Under the pieces are notes generated by a model. It had not been told where the DNA came from. It made no database searches and saw only the letters and a program-made list of their open reading frames with translations. Shown piece by piece: positions 54,101 through 64,000 of a DNA stretch of 64,000 bases. Positions within the stretch are counted from its first letter, which is position 1. The number at the start of each line of letters is the position of its first letter. Position numbers and translations under genes: made by a program. Source of the DNA: Candidatus Dadabacteria bacterium (GTDB lineage: Bacteria > Desulfobacterota_D > UBA1144 > Nemesobacterales > Nemesobacteraceae); the NCBI GenBank assembly GCA_951812735.1, contig OX638332.1, forward strand, positions 1,362,508-1,426,507, read 5' to 3'.

Positions 54101-55523
54101 GGTAGTGCTCGGAATTTTTCGCAAATTTAAGTTTTCAGCATTTCTTCAGTTTGAGAATCAAAGACTCATGAGTCTTTGATTCTCAAAATCCGGTCTTTGT
54201 CCATTACCCTACCTCAACTTCCTCCTTTCTGTCCATTTCCCTCAGCAAATCCATGTCCAGATACCTCCTGCTTCCCCACTTGGTCCCCGATATATGCCTT
54301 AACCTCGCCGCGCACAACATCAACGCACTCTGCCCGTCAGGGAAGGCTCCCACAACACGGGATCTTCTCCTTATCTCCTTTATGATCCTCTCCATCGGAT
54401 TGTTCGTCCGGACCCTGCGCCAGTGTGACGACGGAAACCCATAGTAACAAAGAGTCTCTTCAATGTTCTCCTCCACCCACTTAGCCGCCGAGCCCAGTCG
54501 CATCTCTTTCAGCTTCTTTATAGCTTCCCTTGCTTTTGCCCTCGCGACCTCCTTGCTCTCTGAAGCATGTATGGCCTTTAACATCAGACTCACCTCCCCA
54601 ACCCTGCCCCGAGGCACGTAACTGAACACGTTGCGATAAAAGTGAACCACGCAACGCTGCCAAAGCGCCTCCGGATAAAAATCCCCTATGCTCTCAACCA
54701 ACCCCAAACACGCGTCGCTTATGAACATCCGCACCCCACTAAGCCCCCTTTGCTTCAGATGACGCAGAAACCCGCTCCACCCGGCCTTGTCCTCTTTCGC
54801 CCCCTCCACAACCCCCAGAACCCTGCGATAACCATCTCTGCCCACCCCTATGGCTATAAGAACCGACACGTTGCCCACTTCTCATCCCCAGCTGCGCTTG
54901 AGACTCACCCCGTCAAGATAAACATAGGGAAACTCTCCTTCTATGGGCCTGTTTCTCCACTTCTCTATGTGCTCGTACACGCTACAGTTGAGCTTCGATA
55001 CCGTGGCCGAACTCACCCGCGTGTCCCAAAGTGCTTCTGTAATATCCGCCACCCGCCGCGTGGATACTCCCGCAAGATACATCTCCACCAGGGCTTCTTC
55101 GACTGATGACTCCCTTCGCCTGTATCGCTCTATTACGGCCGTCTGGAATCTCTGCTCCCGAAGCTTGGGCACCTTCAGCGTTACTTCTCCAGCCTTGGTC
55201 TGGAGCTTTCTTGTGTAGCTTCCGCAACGATAGTCCTGGCGATCCGAACTTCGCTCGTACCGCGCTGCCCCAACCATCTCATCTGCTTCAGAGTCAAGAA
55301 CCTTGTTCAATACTTCCTCTACCGTATCGGTGACTATGGAGCTTAGATGATCCCTAAGCTCCTCGTGGTTAATCTGAATTACCTTTTTGGGGCTCTTCGC
55401 TGTATAATCTCTCATGGCGGTGTTTCCTCCTGTTAAATAAATTTAAGAGCACTATTTATCTAACCGGATTCATGAAGAAATGCCGCCTTCCTTTTTAATT
55501 TGCGAAAGATTTAAAGCGTTATC
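54101..55523 (-). mobile_element. IS256 family insertion sequence
   Basis: Imperfect ~27-bp IRs ending TTTCGCAAATT; 8-bp TSD ATTTTTTC (54093-54100 and 55524-55531). Confidence 0.9.
54204..55415 (-). pseudogene. IS256 transposase with an in-frame TGA
   Basis: YLAGVSTRRV, YLDG, QRCVVHFYRN, RTNNPMER; TGA at 54882-54884 in RSWG*EVGNV (probably GGA>TGA). Confidence 0.9.
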
Positions 55524-55541
55524 ATTTTTTCTCGCTGCTGG

Positions 55542-55859
55542 TATAGTTTGAGAGCTCATTTTGCCAAATGAATAAGACAGTTTTACCACTAAGAACTGAC
55601 CCGGCTATCCGTCACACCTGCTTTGATGCAGGCTTAACTAAAATAGATATATTAGAAGGAGATTGAGAGGGGTTTTAAACCCGATTTAAAGCCCGTCGGA
55701 GCTTCTATAAAAGAGCCTTAAACAGCCATTAAATACCCATTAAAACTTAAGAGAATTACTTAATCTGTCGGCTTTTTTAGTTAACATAATATGCCCATTT
55801 CTGCGAATTTTGTGGCAATTTCATGTTATAAATTTGGCAAGATCATTTTTCACGTTATA
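55542..55859. mobile_element. 318-bp MITE-like mini-element B
   Basis: Left end 20/24 identical to 49508-49531; right end 48/52 identical to 51804-51855; no ORF. Confidence 0.75.
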
Positions 55860-56724
55860 ATCGGAGAATCTCAATATCGGTTGGCCCGCCCCCCTCGGCC
55901 TTAAGCTTTTCGTTCATGGTCTCTATAATCTTATCGATAGAGTCTTTGATCTCCTTGAGCTGACGATCCGCCACCTTCAGCCGCTCAACAACCGATGTTA
56001 TATGGAAGATGCAGCTCCGCACGGTCGCGTCGCTCACGTTTATTTCCTCGGCCCTCAGTATCTTGAGCGCCTCCTCCGCGCCAATACGCCTTACTCTGTT
56101 GCGTTTGAGAATCTTCTGCACTGTGGAGGCTCTTTTCCCCTTTGCCGCACAAGGACAAGGCATAAGCTCCCAAAGCTCCAGATGCCATGGCCTTACGGTA
56201 CTGCCGAGAAGTTCTTCAAACTGGGGGTAATACCTCCACAGCAGTGCGCGAAGACGGTTTACAAGACGCGTACGCTCCGATGTGAGCTCCTCTCTGGTTC
56301 TGTTGAACTCACGCAGAGCTATGACATCGCAGTCCTGCGGTTCGACGTAGCGGAAGTGCTTGCGGTCCGTGCGGAGCGCCGAGGCGAGAACCAAAGCGTC
56401 TTTTCTGTCATCCTTGGCTCCTGAGACGCAGAACCTGTCCCTGAAGCGGTCAAGCTGCTTCGGATTTATGGAATAAACCATAAATCCCTGTTCACAAAGA
56501 CTTTCCACCACCGGGCCTTGGTTCACCTCTATGGCCACGGCCATGTCGCAGTCCTCAGAGCCTGACACTTCCCTCATCCACTGAGACATTTCAAAAAGAC
56601 CTCCTCCGGTATGCTTGAAGCTTTTTTCTCCGACGACGGAACCTTCCTGGTTGACGACGCAGACCTGGTGAGAGTTTTTCCCCCAGTCAATGCCTGCAAA
56701 AAATAGAGATTTACCATTCTTCAT
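55860..56724 (-). pseudogene. IS110 recombinase, N-terminal fragment
   Basis: GIDWGK, AIE and KDDRKDA (DEDD RuvC); GGAG RBS; breaks at TDIEILR. Confidence 0.92.
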
Positions 56725-56749
56725 GTAAATTAATATCTCCATATGTATT

Positions 56750-56903
56750 CGGGTTTGCCGTGATGCTTGACAGAACCAGTACCGGCGCTCGATGGCGCAA
56801 ACTTCCTGTTGGGCATTTATCACGGCGCTTGACCGAGGCGCTTGTCCTGACTAGGTGCTCGATGGCACAGGTAAAATTAGGCAGCTCTCGGTCAGGCAAC
56901 CCG
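56750..56903 (-). ncRNA. Predicted IS110 bridge (seek) RNA
   Basis: Outer stem plus two stem-loops (TGACCGAG/CTCGGTCA; GCCGTGAT/ATCACGGC), each capped by GYGC-CATCGA-GCRC, with internal-loop guides matching target and donor. Confidence 0.8.
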
Positions 56904-57031
56904 TGAATTAATTATAATTTCGATTTGATTTTTTCGCTTGATTTAAGCTTTTAGAAGGGTACTGGTATAATTGGAAAACGGACTCAAGTTTGCGAACATC
57001 CGTCAGTACAGCACTTAATGGAGGAATCAAG

Positions 57032-57478
57032 GTGTCAAGAAAACATTGTTTTTCGGTTGTTTTTATCTTGGTTTTTTCCCTCGTGACCACCACGGTGGCT
57101 CGCGCGGAAGAAGACAGATACACGGTCGTGGTAGAAGAGAGCTTCTATACCGTGGCGCCCGAGAACCGCGAGGAGTTTCTCAGGGTATACAGAACGCGTC
57201 TTTTTCCTTTCTGGCAGGAGATGAAAAAGATGGGTATCACCGTTGACGATTACAGGATGTATTCACAGAGAATACATACCGTAAAGCCGCTTTGGACCTA
57301 CAAGACCGTAGTTAAATTCAAAAACTACGCGGCTATAGACAAGTGGCTTGAAATAAGAGACGAGGTATACGGGAAGATGTTTCCCGGAGAAAAGGGTTAC
57401 AAGGAACCGAGAAAAATAATAGATGCCATTTCAGGGAACCACTGGGACGAGTTCATACGGGAAATTCCTCTTGACTGA
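57032..57478 (+). CDS. Secreted hypothetical protein, possibly NIPSNAP-like alpha/beta barrel
   Basis: GGAGG RBS, GTG start, signal peptide ending ARA. Confidence 0.65.
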   Translation: MSRKHCFSVVFILVFSLVTTTVARAEEDRYTVVVEESFYTVAPENREEFLRVYRTRLFPFWQEMKKMGITVDDYRMYSQRIHTVKPLWTYKTVVKFKNYAAIDKWLEIRDEVYGKMFPGEKGYKEPRKIIDAISGNHWDEFIREIPLD

Positions 57479-57497
57479 CTTCGGATTTTTGCGCGGC

Positions 57498-58523
57498 TCA
57501 GAGAAGCTTCGGCTGGCCCTCACTTGGGGTGAGTCCCATGTGCCTGTATGCAAGCTGCGTAGCCTTTCTTCCCCTGGGAGTTTTCTCCACAAGCCCCTCC
57601 CTTATAAGGAAAGGTTCATAGACATTTTCTATCGTATCTTTCTCTTCGCTTACCGCGGCTGAGATCGTATCTATTCCCACCGGACCGCCTCCGAATTTTT
57701 CGATTATGGCGGTAAGTATCGCCCTGTCGAGGTTGTCAAGGCCCATTGAATCGATCTCAAGCATCGAAAGCGCGTCCTTGACAACGGGTTCGGTTATACG
57801 CCCGTCCGATTTCATCTGAGCATAGTCCCTTACCCTCTTAAGAAGCCTGTTGGCTATCCTGGGAGTTCCCCTTGCTCTTGAAGTCATCTCGAGGGCGCCT
57901 TCGTCCGTTATCTCGACTCCGAGAATCCCGGAGGATCTTTTCACTATGGTTGAGAGCTCTTCGGTGTTGTAGTAATCAAGCCTGAGTTCGACTCCGAAAC
58001 GGGAGCGAAACGGGGAGGTAAGAAGTCCCGTCCTTGTGGTCGCTCCTATGAGTGTGAACCTGTCGAGGTTTATCTTCACTGATCTCGCCGTCGGACCTTC
58101 TCCTATCATAAGGTCAATGGTGAAATCCTCCATCGCGGAATAGAGGTATTCCTCAACGACCCTGTTTATCCTGTGTATCTCGTCGACGAAAAGTACGTCC
58201 TTTTCGCCGAGATTGGTGAGCATGGAAGCAAGATCCCCGGTTCTTTCAAGAACCGGCCCCGAAGTGAGATGAAGATTTACCCCCAGTTCATTTGCGAATA
58301 TGTGCGCGAGGGTGGTCTTCCCGAGTCCCGGGGGACCGGAGAGGAGAACGTGGTCAAGGGCTTCGCCCCTTGCCTTGGCGGCGCCGATGAATATGTCTAC
58401 CTGCTCCTTTACGCTCGCCTGCCCGATAAAGTCCTTAAGTAAGGCGGGACGGAGATTTATGTCCGTGAGTTCATCTGTTTCCGTGTATTCGGGCGAAACG
58501 GTTTTTCTTTCGTTCTGCGACAT
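57498..58523 (-). CDS. ruvB: Holliday junction helicase RuvB
   Basis: [32 protein letters not shown]. Confidence 0.97.
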   Translation of the reverse strand: MSQNERKTVSPEYTETDELTDINLRPALLKDFIGQASVKEQVDIFIGAAKARGEALDHVLLSGPPGLGKTTLAHIFANELGVNLHLTSGPVLERTGDLASMLTNLGEKDVLFVDEIHRINRVVEEYLYSAMEDFTIDLMIGEGPTARSVKINLDRFTLIGATTRTGLLTSPFRSRFGVELRLDYYNTEELSTIVKRSSGILGVEITDEGALEMTSRARGTPRIANRLLKRVRDYAQMKSDGRITEPVVKDALSMLEIDSMGLDNLDRAILTAIIEKFGGGPVGIDTISAAVSEEKDTIENVYEPFLIREGLVEKTPRGRKATQLAYRHMGLTPSEGQPKLL

Positions 58524-59108
58524 CTAGTTTCTGATTACCTTAAGAGAATCCCGAAGCACGTCCTCTATGGAACCTGCGGCTTCAATGATTTTCTTGATCT
58601 CGGGGGTCTTTTTCTCCACCTCGGCCCTCGTGTAGCCAAGGTTAAGCAGTGCGGAAATCGTATCGTCAAATATGGTGCCCAAGCCTGGAGACTCTTCGTC
58701 TGTGGCTAAATCGTCAAGCTTGTCCTTGAGTTCGTTTACTATCTTGGTGGCGGTCTTGGCACCGATCCCGCGGATTTTCCTCTGCGCCAGGTTTTCGTTT
58801 ATTATGGACCTTACAAGTTCCGGGACGGAGATGTTTGAGAGCACGTTCGTCGCGGCTTTCGGTCCTATGCCGGAGACGCCGATCAGTTTTTCGAAGAGTT
58901 TTTTCTCCGCGTTCGTGAGAAAACCGAACAGCTCAATGCTGTTTTCCCTGTGGCTTGTGTGTATTCTGAGTTCGACCTGCTCCCCTACGGCCCCCAGATC
59001 ATAGTAAGTCGAAAGCGGAACGGTAATGCCGTAGCCGACGCCGTTTACATCGACGATGACGGTTCCGATTTCCTTACAAGCGATTTCGCCTCTAAGCAGA
59101 TAGATCAT
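58524..59108 (-). CDS. ruvA: Holliday junction protein RuvA
   Basis: MIYLLRG, VNGVGY, VSGIGPK, ALLNLGY. Confidence 0.94.
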   Translation of the reverse strand: MIYLLRGEIACKEIGTVIVDVNGVGYGITVPLSTYYDLGAVGEQVELRIHTSHRENSIELFGFLTNAEKKLFEKLIGVSGIGPKAATNVLSNISVPELVRSIINENLAQRKIRGIGAKTATKIVNELKDKLDDLATDEESPGLGTIFDDTISALLNLGYTRAEVEKKTPEIKKIIEAAGSIEDVLRDSLKVIRN

Positions 59109-59658
59109 TTGCCGTGAATCTCTTTTTCCTGCGCCGGTTACGCGCCCCGCCAAGCGTACCGTCCGGCAGTCCGTATTTTGAAAGGCTTAAGTGGCAGATT
59201 GCGATTGCAAGCGCGTCGGACTCATCCGTGCTCCCAAATTCGCTTATCCCGAGCATATAGGAAAGCATCTTCTGCATCTCTTCCTTGCCCGCCCTTCCTC
59301 TGCCGGTCAGGGCGAGTTTTACCCTCGTGGGCGCGTACTCGCTTACGGGGATTCCTCTTTGCGCGGCCGCTAGGATCGCTATTCCTCTTGACTGGCCGAG
59401 TTTTATGGCGCTTCTCGCGTTTTTGGCGAAAAACATCTCCTCGATTGATACGATCGATGGAGCGTAATCGTCAATTACTCTCAGGATACCGACGTAGATG
59501 TCGTTCAGTCTTTCGGGGGCGGAATTTCCGGGGGTGGGGGAGATCGTTCCGCTGGTTACGTAATTCAGCCGGTTTCCCGCGCCGTCCACGATTCCGTAGC
59601 CGCATGACCTTGATCCTGGGTCGATTCCCATGACCCTGGTTTCGGAGTTTTTATCCAA
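59092..59658 (-). CDS. ruvC: Crossover junction endodeoxyribonuclease RuvC
   Basis: [23 protein letters not shown]. Confidence 0.95.
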   Translation of the reverse strand: MDKNSETRVMGIDPGSRSCGYGIVDGAGNRLNYVTSGTISPTPGNSAPERLNDIYVGILRVIDDYAPSIVSIEEMFFAKNARSAIKLGQSRGIAILAAAQRGIPVSEYAPTRVKLALTGRGRAGKEEMQKMLSYMLGISEFGSTDESDALAIAICHLSLSKYGLPDGTLGGARNRRRKKRFTANDLSA

Positions 59659-60397
59659 TTGCTTCGAGTAACTGTTCGTCTATATCGAAATTGGCGTACA
59701 CGTTCTGAACGTCGTCGCTGTCTTCAAGCGCTTCCATCAGCCTTATCATGTGCTCGGCATCCCGGCCTTCGATTCTGACGTTTGTCTGGGGTATCATGGT
59801 GACTTCGGCTGATTCATACTGGATTCCGGCGTCGGAGACCGCCCTCTTTACTGTTTCATAGCTCTCCGTGGGGGTTATAACCACGATATCGCTGTCCTCG
59901 GTACGCACGTCGTCGGCTCCTGAATCTATCACCAGATCGAAAAGGGTATCCTCATCGATCGAGTCTCCCGTAAATGCAATTCTGCCCTTAAGGTCGAACA
60001 TCCACGCCACGCAGCCGTTCTCCCCGAGTCCCCCGCCGTGCTTCGTGAATAGTCTTCTTATTTCGGAGACGGTTCTGTTTTTGTTGTCAGTAAGGGTTTT
60101 TACGTATACGGCGCTTCCGCCGGGTCCGTACCCTTCGTAAAATATCTCGTTGTAGACTACTCCCTCAATATCCCCTGTACCCCGTTTTATAGCCCTGTCG
60201 ATCGTGTCGTTGGGCATGTTAGCGCCTTTCGCGGTAGCTACGGCGGTGCGAAGACGGGGATTGGATTCGGGGTCGCCTCCTCCTTCCTTAGCGGCAACAG
60301 TAAGCTCCCTGATAAGCTTGGTGAATACCTTGCCCCGCTTGGCGTCAACCGCGGCTTTTCTGTGTTTTATGTTTGCCCATTTGGAATGGCCCGCCAT
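59651..60397 (-). CDS. yebC: YebC/PmpR family protein
   Basis: [29 protein letters not shown]. Confidence 0.96.
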   Translation of the reverse strand: MAGHSKWANIKHRKAAVDAKRGKVFTKLIRELTVAAKEGGGDPESNPRLRTAVATAKGANMPNDTIDRAIKRGTGDIEGVVYNEIFYEGYGPGGSAVYVKTLTDNKNRTVSEIRRLFTKHGGGLGENGCVAWMFDLKGRIAFTGDSIDEDTLFDLVIDSGADDVRTEDSDIVVITPTESYETVKRAVSDAGIQYESAEVTMIPQTNVRIEGRDAEHMIRLMEALEDSDDVQNVYANFDIDEQLLEAIG

Positions 60398-60575
60398 CTC
60401 AGCTCACCCCCTTTAGTTTTTTTTGTCTTTGCATATTTTCTCCTCTCAATTATAACTGGAAATTCCCTCAAATTGCCACAACGATACGAAAACCACCGCG
60501 GTGGACGGGGAGTGGTGCGAAAGCCGAAGTCCTGTAGAGAGTACGTTATATGACCGGTTTTTAAGCACACGAGTT

Positions 60576-62407
60576 GAGACTGTGAAGTTATTCTAGGGCG
60601 GTGAAGTATTTACGAAGCACCGAGGCTCGACAGGATATTGAAAGAGTATTGTCCCTCCTCCCGATTCAAACCACCTAAAACAGCGTAATTATCTTTGTAT
60701 TTCAGGCAGTTAGCCATTGATATCACCCCTTTTCCAAGGTACAATTATATCATTCATTCATACCGAGGTGGAACACAATATGAACCAACGCCGATACAAG
60801 CCCACGCTTGACCGTGAACAGAGACTGCTTCTGCCCGAGCGGGTGGAGGATTACGTGGGGGAGAACCATCAGATTCGGGCTCTGGACGCGTATGTTGATA
60901 CCCTTGATTTGGCGGCCCTGGGGTTCAAGCACACAGAGACAGGTACCGTGGCGGGGCAGCCGCCATATAATCCCCGGGCACTGCTTAAGCTTTACCTGTA
61001 CGGGTATCAGCAGGGGATACGCAGCAGCCGCAAGCTTGAGGCGGAAACCCGAAGGAACCTTGAAGTGATCTGGCTTGTGAAAGGGTTACGGCCCTCCTAC
61101 AAGAGCATTGCGGATTTCCGCAAGGACCACGTGCGACAGTTGCGGGAGGTTAACCGGGATTTTGTTTTGCTGTGCAGGGAGCTTTCGCTGTTGGGCGGAG
61201 AGGATGTGGCGGTTGACGGTTGTTTCTTCAAGGGGGATGCGAGCAGGGCGAGCATAGAGACCGAAGCTTACATAGACAAGGCTTTGGAGGAGATAGACAG
61301 GAAGATAGAAGAGTATCAGCAAGCCCTTGAGGATACCGACGCTGTCGACGACAAAGCCGGTGCGGCAGATACAAGGGACGATGAGGTTTTATCGGAGAAG
61401 CTTGAGAGGATGAAGCGGAGGCAGGCGGAGAAACGGGATCTTAAAGGTCGTATTGAGAGAAGCGGGAGTTCACAGGTATCGACTGTGGATCCCGACGCGA
61501 GGCTGCTTAGGAAACGGGGACAGGTGGTAGCCGGTTACAACGCGCAGATAGCAGTGGACTCAAAGCACAAGCTTGTGGTCACGGAAGACGTGGTTCAGGA
61601 TGGGACGGATACTCATCAACTGGCCGGGATGCTTGTGGAGACAAAAAGAAGACTTGGGGTTGAGGAGTTAACGGGTCTGGCTGACGGGGGTTACTACGAG
61701 AGCACAGGGCTCAAGGAGTGCGAGGAAGAGAATATCACGGTTTATGTTCCGGTTCCTGACAAAAGCGGGGGGATAAGAAGCAGGGGGCGCTACAGCCTGG
61801 ATGAATTCACTTATGACACCGAAGGGGATCATTATTATTGTCCTCAGGGAAAGCGATTGACTCCCTGCAGAAAGCCTGTGGTTCGAAGCGGGAAGAGATA
61901 CGTTGTATATCTCAGCAGAAGTGTTGAGTGCAAGGCGTGTTCGATGCGCAAGCATTGTATTGGCGACAGTGCAAAGACCAGAGTAATACAGCGCTGGGAA
62001 TATCAGGAAGTGCTTGACAGGCACAAGGAGAGGATGGAGCGGGGAAGAGTCGTGGAACATCCGTTTGGGACATTAAAAGGCAGATGTGGTCTTCACCAGT
62101 TTTTGATGAGGGGGTTGGAGAAGTGTCGGGGTGAGTTCAGCTTGATGGCGATGGCCTACAACTTCACTCGGGTGCTGAACATCATGGGGGCACAAAGACT
62201 CAGGGAGCATTGCGTCGGGCGGAGGGTGTATGGCCTGCAAATGGCCTGAGAGGTGGAGAGAAACCTGCTGATTTGAGATTGTGGCGCCAGATCAGGGGTA
62301 TTGAAGCATATCTGGAAGGTTTTTAACCTCTTCAATCAAAAAATACACGCGTTCTTGACGATCCGTTCATTTTTTAACAACCATCCCCTCAATAACTTCA
62401 CAGTCTC
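60576..62407 (+). mobile_element. IS1182 family insertion sequence
   Basis: 17-bp perfect IR GAGACTGTGAAGTTATT; 5-bp TSD GAGTT (60571-60575 and 62408-62412). Confidence 0.9.
60780..62249 (+). CDS. IS1182 family transposase
   Basis: GQPPYNP..LLKLYLYGY..G.RSSRKLE, VAVDG, GYNAQ, ADGGY, VEHPFG. Confidence 0.92.
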   Translation: MNQRRYKPTLDREQRLLLPERVEDYVGENHQIRALDAYVDTLDLAALGFKHTETGTVAGQPPYNPRALLKLYLYGYQQGIRSSRKLEAETRRNLEVIWLVKGLRPSYKSIADFRKDHVRQLREVNRDFVLLCRELSLLGGEDVAVDGCFFKGDASRASIETEAYIDKALEEIDRKIEEYQQALEDTDAVDDKAGAADTRDDEVLSEKLERMKRRQAEKRDLKGRIERSGSSQVSTVDPDARLLRKRGQVVAGYNAQIAVDSKHKLVVTEDVVQDGTDTHQLAGMLVETKRRLGVEELTGLADGGYYESTGLKECEEENITVYVPVPDKSGGIRSRGRYSLDEFTYDTEGDHYYCPQGKRLTPCRKPVVRSGKRYVVYLSRSVECKACSMRKHCIGDSAKTRVIQRWEYQEVLDRHKERMERGRVVEHPFGTLKGRCGLHQFLMRGLEKCRGEFSLMAMAYNFTRVLNIMGAQRLREHCVGRRVYGLQMA

Positions 62408-62469
62408 GAGTTGTCCGGTTTGTCTAGGATAGGAGTTGACTAGATTTATCTCCTCTGGAGAAGGAGGAG

Positions 62470-63669
62470 ATGGAGATGGATCAGCCAAGGTATTCGCAGA
62501 TGGTCAGGACAAACCGGTTTGAGTTGATATACAAGAAGTGGAAGGAGAGGAAGCTTACCCAGGCGGAAGCCGGGGAGCGGCTTGAGATGAGCGAGAGGAC
62601 CTTTCGCCGCTACGTGGTTCGTTACGAAGAGCAAGGCAAACAAGGGGTTTTGGACCGTCGCCTGGGGAAGCCCTCGCCTCGGCGAGCTTCACGGGAGGAG
62701 GTTTCAAGCGTGGTGGCGCTGTACAGGGATTGTTATCCGAATCGCAACATAAGGCACTTCTACGAGGCTTACGAGGAGACCCACGGGGGCGTTCGCGGCT
62801 ACAGCTGGGTGAAGAGGTGTCTGCAGGATGCGGGGGCGGTTCCCAGGGGCAGGCGTCGGGGGCCGCACCGGGAGCTTAGGGAGCGGCGGGGGCAGGAGGG
62901 GGAGATGATACACCAGGACGCAAGCACTCACAGGTGGGTTCCCCAGGAGGTGTGGGATCTGGTTGTAACGATGGATGACGCCACGGGGCGGATATACAGT
63001 GCTTTTTTCGTTGCTCAGGAGGGCACACAGAGCAGCATGAGGGGTGTACGCGACGTATTGGAGAGCAAAGGCATATTCACAAGTTTTTACAGCGACAGGG
63101 GGTCTCACTACTGGAGTACTGCTCGGGTTGGGGAGCGGGTGGACAAGGAGAACCCAACGCAGTTCGGGCGGGCAATGAAGGAATTGGGCATTGAGAGGAT
63201 TCCGGGTTGCTCACCGGAGGCCAGGGGACGGAGCGAGCGGATGTTCAAGACTTTGCAGGGGCGTTTGCCCGCGGAGCTTTGCGAGCGAGGGATAGTGGAC
63301 ATGGAGGAGGCGAACAAGTTTCTCTCAGTGTGTTTTGTAGAGGATTTGAACAGGCGTTTTGCGGTAGGGGCCAGGGAGGAGGGCAGTGCGTTTGTACCGC
63401 TGCTCGGAGTGGGGCTTGAAGACATACTGTGTTTGAAGCACCCAAGGGTAGTGGGCAACGACAACTGCGTGAGGTACAAGGGGATGAGTTTGCAGGTTCC
63501 ACCGGTTAAGGATCGTTATCACTTCGTGAGGGCGAAGGTGATTGTGCATGAGTATGGGGATGGAAGGATGGCAGTGGTTCACGAGGGGAGACGGAAGCTT
63601 GGAGTTTATGACAGGGGTGGGAATTTGGTGGAACAGACGAAGGAGATAAGGAAGGCCGCGGCGGGGTGA
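62470..63669 (+). CDS. IS1202/ISNCY DDE transposase
   Basis: HTH LTQAEAGE.L.MSER, HQDASTH.W, MDDATG, YSDRGSHY, SPEARGRSER.F.TLQGRL. Confidence 0.9.
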   Translation: MEMDQPRYSQMVRTNRFELIYKKWKERKLTQAEAGERLEMSERTFRRYVVRYEEQGKQGVLDRRLGKPSPRRASREEVSSVVALYRDCYPNRNIRHFYEAYEETHGGVRGYSWVKRCLQDAGAVPRGRRRGPHRELRERRGQEGEMIHQDASTHRWVPQEVWDLVVTMDDATGRIYSAFFVAQEGTQSSMRGVRDVLESKGIFTSFYSDRGSHYWSTARVGERVDKENPTQFGRAMKELGIERIPGCSPEARGRSERMFKTLQGRLPAELCERGIVDMEEANKFLSVCFVEDLNRRFAVGAREEGSAFVPLLGVGLEDILCLKHPRVVGNDNCVRYKGMSLQVPPVKDRYHFVRAKVIVHEYGDGRMAVVHEGRRKLGVYDRGGNLVEQTKEIRKAAAG

Positions 63670-63970
63670 CGAAGCGGTTTCAAATCAGCCTCTTCGGGCT
63701 CGCCCTTTGAGTCTGATTTGAAAAAAAAATCAAAAGAAGAAACCGGTCAACTAATTAACTCAAAAACCGGTCAACTTAATTGACTCCTTACAGCGAAAGC
63801 CGAAGTCCTTGACATTTGTTTTGGTTCAAGTATTTTCCCTTTTAGAGGTAGCCATAGAGTTCTAGGCGTTAAACATGCTTGTCAGGCGGCAACGGGGTTC
63901 TCATCGAAAAGCGGCTTGGTTCTTCTGGGGAGCAAAATCCTTTTTCTTCTGACAGGTTCGGTTTTATATA

Positions 63971-63999
63971 TTGACAAACCCGTTACTGAGCAATAGTAT
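63971..63999 (+). promoter_or_regulatory. sigma70-like promoter for a gene beyond the window
   Basis: TTGACA-N17-TAGTAT; a second candidate TTGACA-N16-TATTTT starts at 63809. Confidence 0.55.
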
Positions 64000-64000
64000 A

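Larger units (their letters stand above)
60533..63792 (+). mobile_element. IS1202-type (ISNCY) element containing a nested IS1182
   Basis: TGT...ACA ends, iterated TGACCGGTTT sites, 16-bp TSD GCGAAAGCCGAAGTCC (60517-60532 and 63793-63808). Confidence 0.88.

Noticed and set aside
56725..56823. N-terminal extension of the IS110 ORF given in the track
   Set aside because: It overlaps the predicted bridge RNA; the RBS supports ATG at 56724.
63840..63950. Possible small RNA between tandem promoters
   Set aside because: No recognisable motif or convincing fold, and the context is cut by the window edge.

Overview
Bacterial chromosome segment, mostly housekeeping genes: mfd, leuB, truA, nuoJKL, rrf2-sufBCD, cysH, pyrE, thrC, rsmA, dacB, polA, ffh-rpsP-khpA-rimM-trmD-rplS, argS, tolQRA and yebC-ruvCAB. 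Gene content looks deltaproteobacteria-like, possibly Ca. Dadabacteria (a guess, not verifiable here). Four accessory areas stand out. (1) 7.5-11.2 kb: an AmiS/UreI channel divergent from a small regulator-like ORF and two tandem acetoacetate-decarboxylase-fold paralogues, with structured non-coding segments. (2) Two related tnpB copies whose 3' RNA structure covaries. One is a nonsense pseudogene. The other is intact and is the only cargo of a 1244-bp element with perfect 24-bp terminal inverted repeats and an 8-bp target duplication, which is IS1595-like rather than IS200/IS605-like. (3) 49.0-57.0 kb: an IS110 element whose predicted bridge RNA guides match its own ends and a -10-box target. 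It is split by a 6.35-kb composite bounded by two Mu-like TATA-ended mini-elements (5-bp TSD) carrying IS4, IS256 and a secreted pentapeptide-collagen gene. (4) 60.5-63.8 kb: IS1182 nested in an IS1202-type element with a 16-bp TSD. All calls come from reading the sequence by eye; no searches were run.
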